DNA of 33,264 nt from Octopus bimaculoides (taxonomy: Eukaryota): positions 69,686,736 to 69,719,999 of the forward strand of contig NC_068988.1 of assembly GCF_001194135.2 (NCBI RefSeq), in the 5' to 3' direction. The position numbers were made by a program, and so were the translations under genes. The notes under the pieces were generated by a model. The model worked only from the letters and a program-made list of their open reading frames with translations, was not told the origin of the DNA and ran no database searches. Positions 20,230 through 32,157 of this stretch are shown here, piece after piece (positions within the stretch are counted from its first letter, which is position 1; every line of letters begins with the position of its first letter).

Positions 20230-21169
20230 GTACAAAAAAGATGTATGCATATGTATTTATGGGCGAAGGTCAAGAATATGCACTCTCGGTGTCTAGGGCT
20301 AAGGTTACGCCGAAAACGGGAGGTGTGCATATTCTTTACCTCCACTTATTTATGTAGTGCATATGAAAGATAATGTGTGTGTGTGAGAGAGAGAGAGCGA
20401 GTGAGTGCCACTTGCACATGCAAAAAGTTTTATGCATCACAACACTCAGTCAGTCTTTCTCTCTCTCTCTCTCTCTCTCATGCACATCCATTTCATATAC
20501 ACGTACATCTTACACTTTTATCTCTCTTTTACTTTCTCCTCTCACTTCAAAGCAAATGTCACCTTTTCACTTCATCCTCCTCTCTTTCAATTTCTGCTCT
20601 CTTCAAAGCATACAGAAAGTAAAACAATTTTACGGAAATTAACAAACAATCATATAATCTCATATATTTCGAGTTGACAACTTTGCTTCTTCAAATGAAA
20701 GAATGCCATAAAATAAAATTCATGTGACACAGATACATGCATACAACCATTCTAGGTAAAATGTCTGTGTGAATTATGTTATTTCTTGCAGTGTGCACGT
20801 ACAAATTTACAGCTGAAACCCAATTGGAATGATTTTTTCTATTGTGTAATTTGTGTTTGTAATGAGCGTATTTAAAAACCCAATCTTCGATAAAGACTTA
20901 AAAGGAAGTTTTCCCAGAAATCCTGTCCTTTACCTTTTCTTTCTAGCATGTCTGAGATGACATTTCCATTTGGTCCACTTATTTTTTCCTAAATTTCTTC
21001 TGATTCCTATGTTTGCGATACAGGAGATTAGGATTTCACTCACAAAGCACGTTCTCAATATTTTAATTTTCTCCCTCTCTGTACCAAATTCATTTTTTTA
21101 TTTTTTTCAAATTTTTATTCTCATTAATCCATGGAGAAAAAACAAAGAGTAGGAATCTTTAAGAATTTT

Positions 21170-21434
21170 ACCCATCACCTCACCACTTTCAAAAAGCTAC
21201 ACACTCCCAATATTTCACTTTTAGCTTTTTGGAAAGCTGGTGGGAAGAACTTTTGGGAAGTTTCTTCAGAAATAATATCGTTTACCTGTTGTTTCTTGCA
21301 AGTCGGATTTTCTGGTGGTGGTCTGGTATTTTTTAAGTCTACTATTTCAGTAGAATTCTACACATGTGGGAAACGTCAGACAAAAGTGAAAGATTGGGAG
21401 ATTTTAGCTTTTTGAAAGCTGGTAGGTGATGGGT
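21170..21434. repeat. Inverted repeat with 53-bp arms (21170-21222 and 21382-21434)
   Basis: acccatcacctcaccactttcaaaaagctacacactcccaatatttcactttt versus aaaagtgaaagattgggagattttagctttttgaaagctggtaggtgatgggt. Confidence 0.85.
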
Positions 21435-21860
21435 GTGCAAGGTGGGGGAAGGGGCATTGAGTGTTTCTTTAAGAAAAATTAAACTATAAAAAAAATATTT
21501 ATATATATTTCCCAAATTCATAATCTCTGTATTTTTCTACGTAGATAAAAAAAAAAAAAAAATTGGAAAAGTTACAAATTAGGAAATTGCAGTGGGGATA
21601 AAGAGAAATTAAAATTTTGAAAACGGGATTTCTGGACAAAATCGTATTAGCCCCCTTTTATACAGTGAAACAAGACATAGTTTCTGATCCTTCTTAAGAA
21701 CAGAAAGCACTTTCATGCAAACCCATACAAATTGTACTCTCACCCTTCACTATTAAACAGAAAATAACTTCTATTATTCCATTAGCTATATATATATCAG
21801 CTGTGTCGATTCTGCCCATAAGAAAGAAGCGAATAATACAATGTGCTTGTAGGTCATAAC

Positions 21861-21890
21861 ACCCGGGCAATGTCGGGATGCATTGCTAGT
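21861..21890 (+). mobile_element. Helitron 3' terminus (GC-rich hairpin + CTAG|T)
   Basis: acccgggcaatgtcgggatgcattgCTAGt: hairpin CCCGG/TCGGG about 9 nt upstream of CTAG (21886-21889), followed by T. Confidence 0.75.
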
Positions 21891-21929
21891 ATCATATAAA
21901 ATAGACATATATAGAATATATATTATCAT

Positions 21930-22165
21930 TATCATTCTAACATCAATTTTTCCATGCTTGCATGGGTTGGATGGAGTTTTTTGAGGCACATTCTCTGCAG
22001 ATGGGTTCCCTTCCTCTCACCAATGCTAAAACTGTTTCCAAGCAAGGTGACATTTCCCTATGACCAAACTTGTTTTTGTAGCAGATTGAAAATGAATGAT
22101 ACTGCTTATATGACAGTGACACTCATTTACAACTATCAAAGAATGTCATGTCAAGGAGACACCCC
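21930..22165 (-). mobile_element. SINE 3' half, same family as 11880-12155
   Basis: ttttccatgcttgcatgggttgg...tgtttccaagcaaggt...tttacaactatc...tgtcaaggagac. Confidence 0.75.
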
Positions 22166-22194
22166 TCCCCCACCACACATATATAAAATGGACT

Positions 22195-22330
22195 TCTTTC
22201 AGTTTCCATCTACCATATCCATTAACTAGGCTTTGGTCAGCCCAGTGCTATATTAGGAGACACTTATCTAAGGAACTATGCAGTGGAACTGAACCCAGAA
22301 TCATGTGACTAAGAAGCAAACTTCTTACCG
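22195..22330 (-). mobile_element. SINE family A, 5' half
   Basis: ctttcagtttccatctacc...ggctttggtcagccc...ctgaaccc...aagcaaacttcttacc. Confidence 0.75.
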
Positions 22331-22436
22331 CAGATCCACAGAATTAAGATAGTTGCTGGAAGGTGTACATTTTCACAACAAAAATATTCAGGATTAGAAT
22401 GACATGTCAATATGAGCCATCAAGGAAGCTGTACAT

Positions 22437-24670
22437 CAGAGGTTTTAAACATGAGGCTCATAGACTGATTATATGTGGCCTGTGATCAGAGAAGGTTCAA
22501 GGACCACCATTGTTATCATAACTGATAATTTCCTGAAAATGTGACTTGTTTGTGTTGTGTTAACCAGATGTCTAGACTGAGTACCAAAATAGGAAATTGC
22601 ATGTTAAAGAATTTCAAAAGTAATTTCTTTCATATTAATAAGGGGTTTTGTCAAAAGAAAAATATGGAATTATATTAAAGAGTTTTATTATTACATAATT
22701 AATAAATTGATTTTTTTTAAAGTTCTTAAGAAATAACAAGCTATTTTATTTTAAATTTTCATGGAATATTTACTTTTAGAAGAATATCAAAATGGTATCC
22801 TATTAGAAGATTGCATTATGGTAACAATGCTTTGTTGACTGCTGAGAGCTTTAATATGGTTCATAAAATCAACTAGTCTATGACTTGCTAGATCGTACTT
22901 CATATTTCATAATAAATGTACTGATCAACAATTTTAAGCTATAATTGTAACATCAATGCTAAAAAAAGGGAGAATCGGGGATGAGAACCAATGTTTTCAA
23001 GAAAAGAGGAATAAAGAAGCAAAGTGCAATGTTTGATATACCTGCAGACTATTACAGAATGAAAAGAATGTAACATTAAGAGACATTATGCAATAGCACA
23101 AAGAGGGCAGTATGAAGTTCACAATGTAAAAATACAGAATGTAGAAGTTGGGCATCTTAACATATTCTTATAACTCAAATAAAATGAGTGAAAATGTGGT
23201 AAAAGCAAGATTTTTTTTCTGAGGGAAATGTTTGGAAAATTGTCATAACAATTCATTGAAAGTAATTTTATTGAAGACTGTTTTTTAAAAGCCAATGAAA
23301 TCCTCTGCCCTGAGAATAATAAACATTGTCATCAAATACTATCCCTAAGTGCATCACTGCTTTAGCAAGCAGTACACGTCAGCAACTGACTACTACTGCT
23401 ACAGATTTTGAAAAAAATTCCTATCCACTTGATGAAGGTAGAAATATTACAGACACTGTTTATTGTGTTGTTATTATTTAAGGAATCGACAAAAGCTGCA
23501 GTGTTACTAAAGTATGACTAGATTTCTCACCAACAAAGAGAACAAAGACAAGAGTTGTGTTTAGTGAGCAGGAAATATGCTCTGGATTGGATTGGTAAAA
23601 TTTCATGTCAATGGCAACAAACAGTACGTGAATATGGAGAGTTGTTGTGCCATGTTGTTGCAAGGTGGCTCAGTTGGAGAAATTGTATGAAAAGGACCTT
23701 TTGCTTTGAAAGAAGAAAATTAGGTTGTTCATCACAATAAAAGAAAACGATGTTCCTGAAATAAGTGCTCCTACTTTTAATTCTATCATCAGATTCATTG
23801 CTGATATGAGAAATCACTTTAACATTTAAATTTTTTCTCTTTTGGGGTGTAGAGAGAGTTATTATAGAAATGAATGACAATGTGAAATCTTTCAAATGTA
23901 AACTTTCACTGTAACACAGCAACTTGCAGCCAGTAGCTTGGCTCACTTCACAACCTCCTAGTCATTAGACAAGGTTAATGCACATAAATTGAAAGAATAT
24001 GCAGATGTAATTTTAAAGCTGCGTGTTGCTTGACTAGCATTTTCAAAACATTAGCATTAAAAAAGATATGCTTTTTGCTATTCCGCTGATCTTAGGTGTT
24101 GATTCTATTTACAAGAAATTTCAGATGGATTTGGTGGGGCTCTGTGTGATATTTTACTCAAGTAGAAGTATACAGAGGTTCATGTTCTAGATTCTTACAT
24201 GTTTTTCCTAAGTGACAGATTTCTTAAACCGTTTACCCTATCTTGGTGAATTCTGGCCATGTTTGGAAGCACATATGTTTGTGAGCAATTGCTTTTGACA
24301 ATGAAAATAAATAAATCTTCATTGCATTCAAGACTTAGAGAAGAACATTTGCAATCTCTATTATGATTTGCAAATTTACATGATTTGTAACCAAATATAG
24401 AATTCCTTGTTGCTGCAAAAATATTGCAAAAATATAGCATCAACCTGAACTGACTGAAATCAAAACACTAATAATGACAATAAAAAATTCAAGTAAAACA
24501 CGTTTGATTTATTATATTTGTTTACTTATCAGTTTCGCTTTATAGCTGTATAATACAACAGCTACTGAAAATTATAACACTTACTCCTTCCCATACCACA
24601 CCCTATTCATGGCCTACTAGACCTTTCCTTCACAATATATTGGCCCTTTTCACTGAGTTTGAGACCCCTG
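22437..24670 (+). mobile_element. hAT DNA transposon (Charlie/SPIN-like), decayed, 2234 bp
   Basis: TIRs cagaggttttaaac and gtttgagacccctg (11 of 14 complementary); 8-bp TSD ctgtacat (22429-22436) and ctttacat (24671-24678) with central TA. Confidence 0.88.
22975..24366 (+). pseudogene. hAT transposase pseudogene (GTF2IRD2/SPIN/Charlie type)
   Basis: CLIYLQTI..KECNIKRHY (BED-like zinc finger), FIEDCFLKANEILCPE, LDEGRNITDT..I*GID (first catalytic D region), and ILAMFGSTYVCEQLLLTMKINKS..SRLREEHLQSLL (hAT dimerisation motif); many stops and frameshifts. Confidence 0.92.
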
Positions 24671-25124
24671 CTTTACATGATTACTTTCCATTAAAGATCC
24701 TAGATAAAATCGATAACGATACCTGTGTTTATAACTCTCAAGAAAGTCTTATATAATGCAGCTTCTATATAATCTAAAAAAGATTCAATACTGTGTTGAA
24801 TCTTATTGTCATTTTAGCCTCACATTAGCACTGATTCTATAGACTTATGATTTAGGACATTGCTTCAAATATAATGCATCTCTGCATAATGTATGTTTGT
24901 ATAACTATAATGTAATATGTATAGTAGTGTGTATTATATGCAGTTTTCTCTTTTTAAACTGTAGTCAGCACCTAAAAGCAGTGGTTCAGCTAATGCCTGG
25001 GGTCAGAAAGAACTGAGAAGGAGCCCAGGATTATATGACAGCTCATCTACCATAAAAATAAACAAACAAAAGAAACCTCACAACCTTTTCCATTGCTTTC
25101 TCTTAGAAAGTTTCCAGCAGCTTA

Positions 25125-25553
25125 TATTTTATCTTTTGTCATTTTCATGTTTCAGTCATTAGTCTGTGGCCATAGTGGGGCACCACCTTGAAGAAGTTTT
25201 AGTCAAATGAATCGACCCCAGAACTTATATTTTTAAAGCCTGGTACTTATTCTATCACACCCTTCTTCTGAACTGCTAAGTTATGGGGGACGTAAGCATA
25301 CCAGTGTTGGCTGTGAAGTGGTGGTTGGAGGATAAACACAGACACAAACACACACATACACAGAAACACACACACACACACATACATACATGCATATATG
25401 ATGGTTTTTTTTCAGATTTTCCCTACCAAATCCACTCACAAGACTTTGGTTGGCCTGAGGCTATAGTAAAAGACACTTGCCTAAAGTGCCATGCAGTGGG
25501 ACTGAACCTGGAACCACGTAGACAGGCAGCAAGTTTTTTACCATGCAGCCATG
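25125..25553 (-). mobile_element. SINE family A, full-length
   Basis: Head, CORE-like motif (gacacttgcctaaagtgcc), internal (CA)n and 3' end all present. Confidence 0.9.
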
Positions 25554-26099
25554 TAAGATTAATAATACAATAATTCGTTCTAACTCACCACATCAAGTAC
25601 TGAAAAAATGGTAATTGTTGTTTAAATTCAAAGCTCATTTCAAACATATTTATGAAAGATAGAGATTACAGGAAGGAAAACATTTGAAATTAAATAGAGA
25701 TTATAAACACATCATTTTAGTATTTAATTGATTGATCACTAAATAGATTTAATAGTAACTAACAGTAAATAGTGTATTTTGAAAATTTAAATTATATCAA
25801 ACAAAATGTAAGGCTTTATGCAAAGAGCTAGTTGATGACTTTAAAATATGATAATACTTGTTAATAATTTATGAATCTATTGATATAAGTGCGAGAAAAC
25901 TAATGTGCTTGTATGAGAGGTATTTTTTCTTCAAAGGTACAAATATTATGGAGGAGGTAGATTTCTGTTGTATCAAAAATTAATGACAGTTTTTATAATG
26001 CTATCACATAACACATACATCAAGAATAAAAATACAAGAAGCAGAAATTAAAAGAAATCCCATGCTTTTTATGATGCCTCACGACTAACTTAATCAGCA

Positions 26100-27600
26100 A
26101 TAACTGCCTGAGTATGTTAGAGGGATGATGAAGCAAATCAGATCTACGTTCAAAAGAGGCAGAAAATAGTAAACCTTTGAATATTGAGAAATAGAAAAAC
26201 ACTGCCAAGCCTATATCCACTGTGGTTCAGTATCATTATCTAAGTTCCTTGAAGTTTCTGAAAATATGTTAAAAAGTATAATTTTCTCAGATACTCTAAG
26301 GACAGAAATTTTTACATAACGTTTGAAGTATTTTCAAAATAAGTAAAGAAGTTTACAGTACATTTAGAATGTAGATAAATCATTGGTATAGGTTTTCAAG
26401 CTGAAATTACAATAAAAAAATGGTGAGATCTCCTCCACAGGATTCTCCATTGCATAAAATGTTTAACAATGTGAAACTTTGTACTGATGGAGATAAGGAA
26501 TCCTATTGACAGGAAGAAGGAAGGGATTTGGAAAATTTTGTAGGTTTACTCAAGGTTTGATCTGGTTATGCAAGCACGTCTTTGTGGTGTGGAAAAGAAG
26601 CCTGAACAAAGCGGCATAATTTTTTTTCCATTCAGAGAAAATATTCAGCTGATGGCTTCAATAGTTTACCACAAGTTGCTATATAGCATTTATTCAGAAA
26701 GCTAAACGTTTTGGCCTTCTCTCTGCTTCTGAATAGCAAATGGCAGAAACTTTTCATTGTAATGATATTGATTTTTAATAACAGCTTTTCTTAGATTTGT
26801 TTTAAACAAGATGGAAATAATTTTAAATCAACTTGTGAAAGATGAAATGTCATTCTAAAACTGCTAATCACAATGCCATGACAATACTGCAGTCATTGCT
26901 GGTTATTAAAATGGTGTTCAACAAAGGATTAATTAAAGAGAAGTTATTTTTGTAATCATTCTCTCAATTTAGATGGAATGCTTGATTAACCGTTGTGTAT
27001 TATTGGCAAATTTAGTTAGTTTATTAATTTTCTACTGAACACTCTGTTGGCAAATGTTGAAATATACCAAGTAAACAGATGTCAAACCTGAATCTGAATC
27101 TTGATTAAGTTACCAAACAGAGACAGTAGAGCCAACCATAGTTGATCATCAAAATTAAGCTTTTGGTACAAGAGGTGACAAAGTAGGTTCTAAGTAAAAT
27201 TTTAACTTTCAATTCTTTGGTTTTGCTTGAATTTTGAAATGAAATTTTTACCAGATGTTTGAAAGTAACTTGTAGATCACCAGATACACTTTCATAATGT
27301 TGTTAATGATTTAAAAATCCTTTCAAATCTATTTTAAAAATTGTTTAGGATCATTGATCATCGATCACTTGAAGCTAAGCTGAAAGCATATAATGAACAG
27401 ACTATCTAAGTGGCAATTATTCACATATAATGATTAGCAATGTGATTTCATTTGTGCTCACACTGACACAATAATGTGATGCAGGAGGACATTAAATGAC
27501 AAATAAAGAATGAGTCAGTGGCAGTATGAAATGTAAAATGCAAACAGAGCATGTCTAGAGAACGGTTGGCAAAATATTGTACCAGACAAAAGCTTTTAAT
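26100..27600 (+). pseudogene. Heavily decayed hAT transposase (ZMYM1/THAP12-like group)
   Basis: QCHDNTAVIAGY*NGVQQRI...CNHSLNL (~26870-26970) matches QxYDNAxNMxGxxxGVQxxI...CxAHSLNL; MSRERLA (~27551) matches MSQERL. Boundaries are approximate. Confidence 0.7.
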
Positions 27601-27960
27601 TGGATGTTCAAAAGTAATTCCATGCAGCCCTTCTGAGTGCGATAATAGCTCTAGCAGTATGTAACATGTAATAGAAATGAGGCCTGGACAATTAATTAAT
27701 TATGAGAGCAATCTTGTATTCATTAAACTTTATGAACTTCCAATTCCTAACAGGAATTCACTTAGTTTCGTTGCTCAACAATTGGAACACAAACAAGCAC
27801 AGAAAATATCCCTGTCAACCCAGTTTGGAAATCCAACTAATATTTTACCAAGATGAAAAAGCAAAAGAGAAAGATAAAAAAAAATCTATGAGAGCTTAAA
27901 TTATTTTTCAAATTGTAATTAATAAACTGTGTTGCTTAGAGTGTGTGGAAACACACACAT

Positions 27961-28197
27961 CATCATCATCATCATCATCATCATCATTTAACGTCCGCTT
28001 TCCATGCTCACATGGGTTGGACAATTTGACTGGGGACTGGCAAACCAGATGGCTACACCAGACTCCAATCTGATCTGGTAGAGTTTCTACAGCTGGATGC
28101 CCTTCCTAACGCCAACCACTCCAAGAGTGTAGTAGGTGCTTTTTACATGCCACCAGCACAAAAGCCAGTCCGGTGGTACTGGCAATGGCCACGCTCA
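27961..28197 (-). mobile_element. Young retroposon with the shared tail and (GAT)9
   Basis: Reverse complement of the 7290-7456 and 9760-10070 family; CpG partly retained. Confidence 0.9.
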
Positions 28198-28251
28198 TAA
28201 TTATGAAATAGAGCTTAGTATCAAAACTGAAAAGGAGGGTCATAATATTAC

Positions 28252-28290
28252 CTTCATGTTTACTACAATATAGGGCTCCTGGACTTTCAG
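28252..28290 (-). CDS. Candidate 39-nt exon (ESPGALYCSKHE or LKVQEPYIVVNMK)
   Basis: Strong donor AAG|GTAATA (28251); acceptor ttacaAG; two open frames. Confidence 0.3.
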
Positions 28291-29569
28291 CTTGTAATTA
28301 ATTGTTAATTGTTATGAAAATTCAACACTGTGGAACTAATAATTACCAAAATGAGAACAAAGATTAACTGCATCTTTGCAAAGGTCAATCAGGCATTGAT
28401 ATTGTTCCCCACTGCCCACTCCATGCTATTGCCTGTCCTCAACAACCTCTTTCCACTTTCCTCTAAAATTAACCTGATAAAAAAATTAGAAATAATAAAA
28501 GCATAATAAATAAAATAACAATAAAAAACCCTTAGCTATATGGGCACACCCTAACATCTAAGTAATATTTTCCAAATGCATTTTTTTACTTCATTTTTTT
28601 ACAATTATCCCACTAAATACACACATATAGGCAGATGTGCACATTGGCTCATTCAGTGGTAATGAAGGTTGTCAGAAAAAAATTGGAATGATAGGATTTC
28701 ATCATAGTGATAGTTAGATGAGGAACCATAATTGTAAGGATTGCTAAATCTAATCAATGTCATTTATAATGAAATAAATATTTTATTGAAAAACGAGTGA
28801 TTTTTTTTGAGTGACAAGTTTAGTGTTAATGGATTTCATGTTCATTTTCTGCATATGTTAATTAACCAGATATGGATCTTTACAAATGAAACAATGAATA
28901 ATATCTGGATGATTCTGGTTAGTTTAAGTTTTATATGCTATAGTGGTTGCTATAAATAAAAAAAAAACCACTCGTGTTTCAAAATTCTGATCCCAATCTA
29001 TAATTTATTAATTTGTATTTTGACAAGTCTCTCAGACTTAACTGCAAAAATAATTACATTCTATCTTTATTCAATATTAGCAAGAAAAGGTTGCAAGTAG
29101 ACTTCTGTTTCTGAAATCTAGAAAAATCTATCAATAAATGTCAGAAAGTCTCAGTCTGTTTCTCATTTTAAAACCAAATTAGAAGCTGTTATAATTTCTG
29201 GATAATAAATGCAGTTCCTAAAACTGAAAATAAATTGTTTTTGTTTCCCAGTTGCCTGGATAATCTCAGTTAATTGAAGTTTTACAATCCACTATATTGC
29301 ATAGGAAGACCCTGCAGAATGTATATTTAGCATGGAGACAACTCCCCTGAGATACTTCCCATCAGCAATATTATATTGTTAAAATTATTTCTCTTCCCAA
29401 AACTGTGTAATCTAAACAGAAGAATGATAAGACAAGAATAATATAACTTTCTTCTTTTATTCTTTTGTTGCTTTCAGTCTTTGGATTTTTGGAATGTGGC
29501 CATGATGGGATGGCACATTCAAGGGTTTTAATCTATTAATATTGTAAATGTTTTTTAATTTTTAATCAT

Positions 29570-29725
29570 TTTTGGCAGTGAATCTGCAGAATTGTTCGAG
29601 CTTTGGGCAAAATGTCTTGCATTTAGTTTTGACTTTTGTGTTCTGAGTTCAAATTCCACAAATGACAACATTGCCTTTAATCCTTTCAGGGTCACTAAAC
29701 TAAGGGTCAGTCAAACACCAAAGAT
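29570..29725 (+). mobile_element. SINE family D, degenerate
   Basis: ttctgagttcaaattccac...gcctttaatcctttcagggtc. Confidence 0.7.
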
Positions 29726-30057
29726 GGTTTAATCAAATCGCCCTGGCATTGAACCTACATCTTCCAAGATAATGGAATGATACAGACGTTGGTACCTAAT
29801 CTGACATTAAACAATGCAGGTCAAATGCCCTGAATAATTTAATTGAAGAGCATTATTGTAGAAATTTTAATTACTGTTTTACCAATCACATCATACACTC
29901 TTATTACACTTTAATTGATCATTTCACATCTTCTCATTAATTCTTATTAACTACACTTTTACCAACAACATCATACTCTCTATAAATGTTCCCTGCAGAG
30001 TATAAGTTCAGTATATTGCATTCCCTGCCACCTCAGATTTTGGCAACAGTTAGAAAC

Positions 30058-30216
30058 CAATATGTGGAAGAACTGACAGATCCAGATTCTTTTCATCAAG
30101 CAGTCGTTGTTTGCTGAACAATAAAGAAAATTCACACAACTCTTGCCAAGAATTATCTGATCTTCCAGTTATAGTTTCTTTGTCAGTTGGTTCAGTAGTG
30201 AATGAACACACAGTTT
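30058..30216 (-). CDS. Candidate 159-nt exon (TVCSFTTEPTDKETITGRSDNSWQELCEFSLLFSKQRLLDEKNLDLSVLPHI)
   Basis: Acceptor tttttattctttgaaatAG (30218-30217); open frame, phase 1 to 1; donor GTTTCT is weak. Confidence 0.3.
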
Positions 30217-30399
30217 CTATTTCAAAGAATAAAAATATGGTACCAATCAACCATGACCGAAAAAAGGCTGAATTTATTCAGTGCTATCACCACTACCACC
30301 ATCGCTACAGCTACTGCCACCTCCACCACAAGAAGTACATGCTAACTGATGGTTATGATGGTGAAGGTTATTAATAAAGTCAATCTTTTATCTTTTATC

Positions 30400-30784
30400 T
30401 TTAACTTGTTTCTCTCATTAGACTGTGGTCATGCTGGGGCATCACCATGAGGATGTTTTAGTTGAAGGAACTGAGCCCTGTACTTTCTTTTTGCTTAAGC
30501 CAGGTACTTATTTTATCAGTCTCTTTTGCCAATCCACTAAGTTATGAGGACATAAACAAATCTACACTGGTTGTCAAGCAATGGTGGGATAAAAACACTG
30601 ACACAAACACACGCACATACACACACACATACAATAGGCTTCTTTCAGTTTCTCTCTACCAAATTCACTAAGAAGGCTTTGGTCAGCCTGAGGCTATAGT
30701 AGAAGGCACTTGCCCAAGGTTCTACACAATGGGACTAAGCCTAGAACCATGTGGTCAGGAAGCAAGCTTCTTACCACACAGCCA
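30400..30784 (-). mobile_element. SINE family A, full-length
   Basis: ttaacttgtttctctcattagactgtggtcatgctgggg...gcacttgcccaaggt...aagcaagcttcttaccacacagcc. Confidence 0.9.
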
Positions 30785-30937
30785 TAAATTCTAACAAATT
30801 TGGTTTCTTTAGGTAGTCAAGAATTGGTTAACATTTATCAGACTAGTGCTGCTCTTAAATTACATAGTATCTTAAATTATAAATGATTAGTAATGTTTTA
30901 TCAAGTTTTGAGAGTCTTTTTTAATCCACGCAGGTGT

Positions 30938-31085
30938 AGGATTGCTTTCCAACAATGTAGTCTGGGGTTCACTCTCTAAACAAGACCTTGGGCAAATGTT
31001 TTCTACTCAAGCCCCAGGACAACTAAAGCCTGCAATTGAATTTTATAGGAGGAAACAGAAAAGAAGCCCACTGTGTATGTGTGTA
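30938..31085 (+). mobile_element. SINE family A 5' half, old
   Basis: ttgctttccaac...accttgggcaaatgttttctact...gaaacagaaaagaagccc followed by (TG)n. Confidence 0.7.
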
Positions 31086-32039
31086 GGGGTCCTTTCTAAT
31101 ATTTTAGTACATAAAATATGACATGTTTAATATATATCTAGTATCAATGAAATAATTTAAATTCGAAAATTTCATAATCTCAGTCTTCCCTTTAGTAAGT
31201 ATAGCATATTTATTAGGATAGTGTATATGTAAAAAATATTTGAAATATCTGTTCTTTATTGTAAGTAATGATATTAAATATCTATGAGTGTGTGTATATA
31301 TGTGTGTGTGTACAAATTTTCATGGCATATAAGATGCTCTTTTTTATTCAACAGATGTCTCAGAAATTGACCTTGGTCATATATGCAAAGCTGGGCTTCC
31401 CATAAGTTAATTTTTTTACCTAATTCTCACTACTTTAGAGACAGTTTCTTCTAGCTGACTTGACTTCTTAATAAATTTTACTTTAATATTATTATTATTA
31501 TTACTTGAATTGTAAAAGGAATTGTCATAACAGTGGACCAGCAATATTTGCCTGAACTAGCTGATCCAATATCACTAAATATGCTTAAATACACCCCTGC
31601 CAATAACCAAATAAAAACCACCGAGAAAAGGATGTAACTGAAAGCAAATACTATACTAGTAACTGTAAAATGCTAACCTAGAAAACATGGATATTTGGGA
31701 ATTTGAAAATACCTCATGGAGTGATGACTATGGTCTGCATTGTTACGGTATGTCCTTTTGCAAGGCATAGCACCTGTTCAGCCACTTTGCCAGGTATATG
31801 GTGGAGTCATGGGACTGCAATATAGCAGAATGTGAAGAGATAATGGAAAAGCTCAACTGAGCCAATGGTGACCAGAGAAATCCTGGATCAACAGTCAGAA
31901 TCACCAAGGTGTATCAAGACAGTAACTGCAACACATTCATAAGGAGGGCGTCCATGGTTGTGTAATCAGTAAATGAAAGATTCACTATGACTCAAGATCC
32001 AAATTCAAATTCATAATAATGGAAGTGGATGGTATCTTA

Positions 32040-32125
32040 AGCAAAATGTTTTCTAATATAGCCTGGGCTAACAAAAGCCTTGTGAGTGGATTTGACAGAC
32101 AACAACTGTGAAAGCTAGTCCTGTA

Positions 32126-32157
<32 letters not shown>
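32040..32157 (+). mobile_element. SINE family A fragment running into the gap
   Basis: aatgttttctaatatagcctggg...aaagccttgtgagtggatttg followed by (TG)n. Confidence 0.7.
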
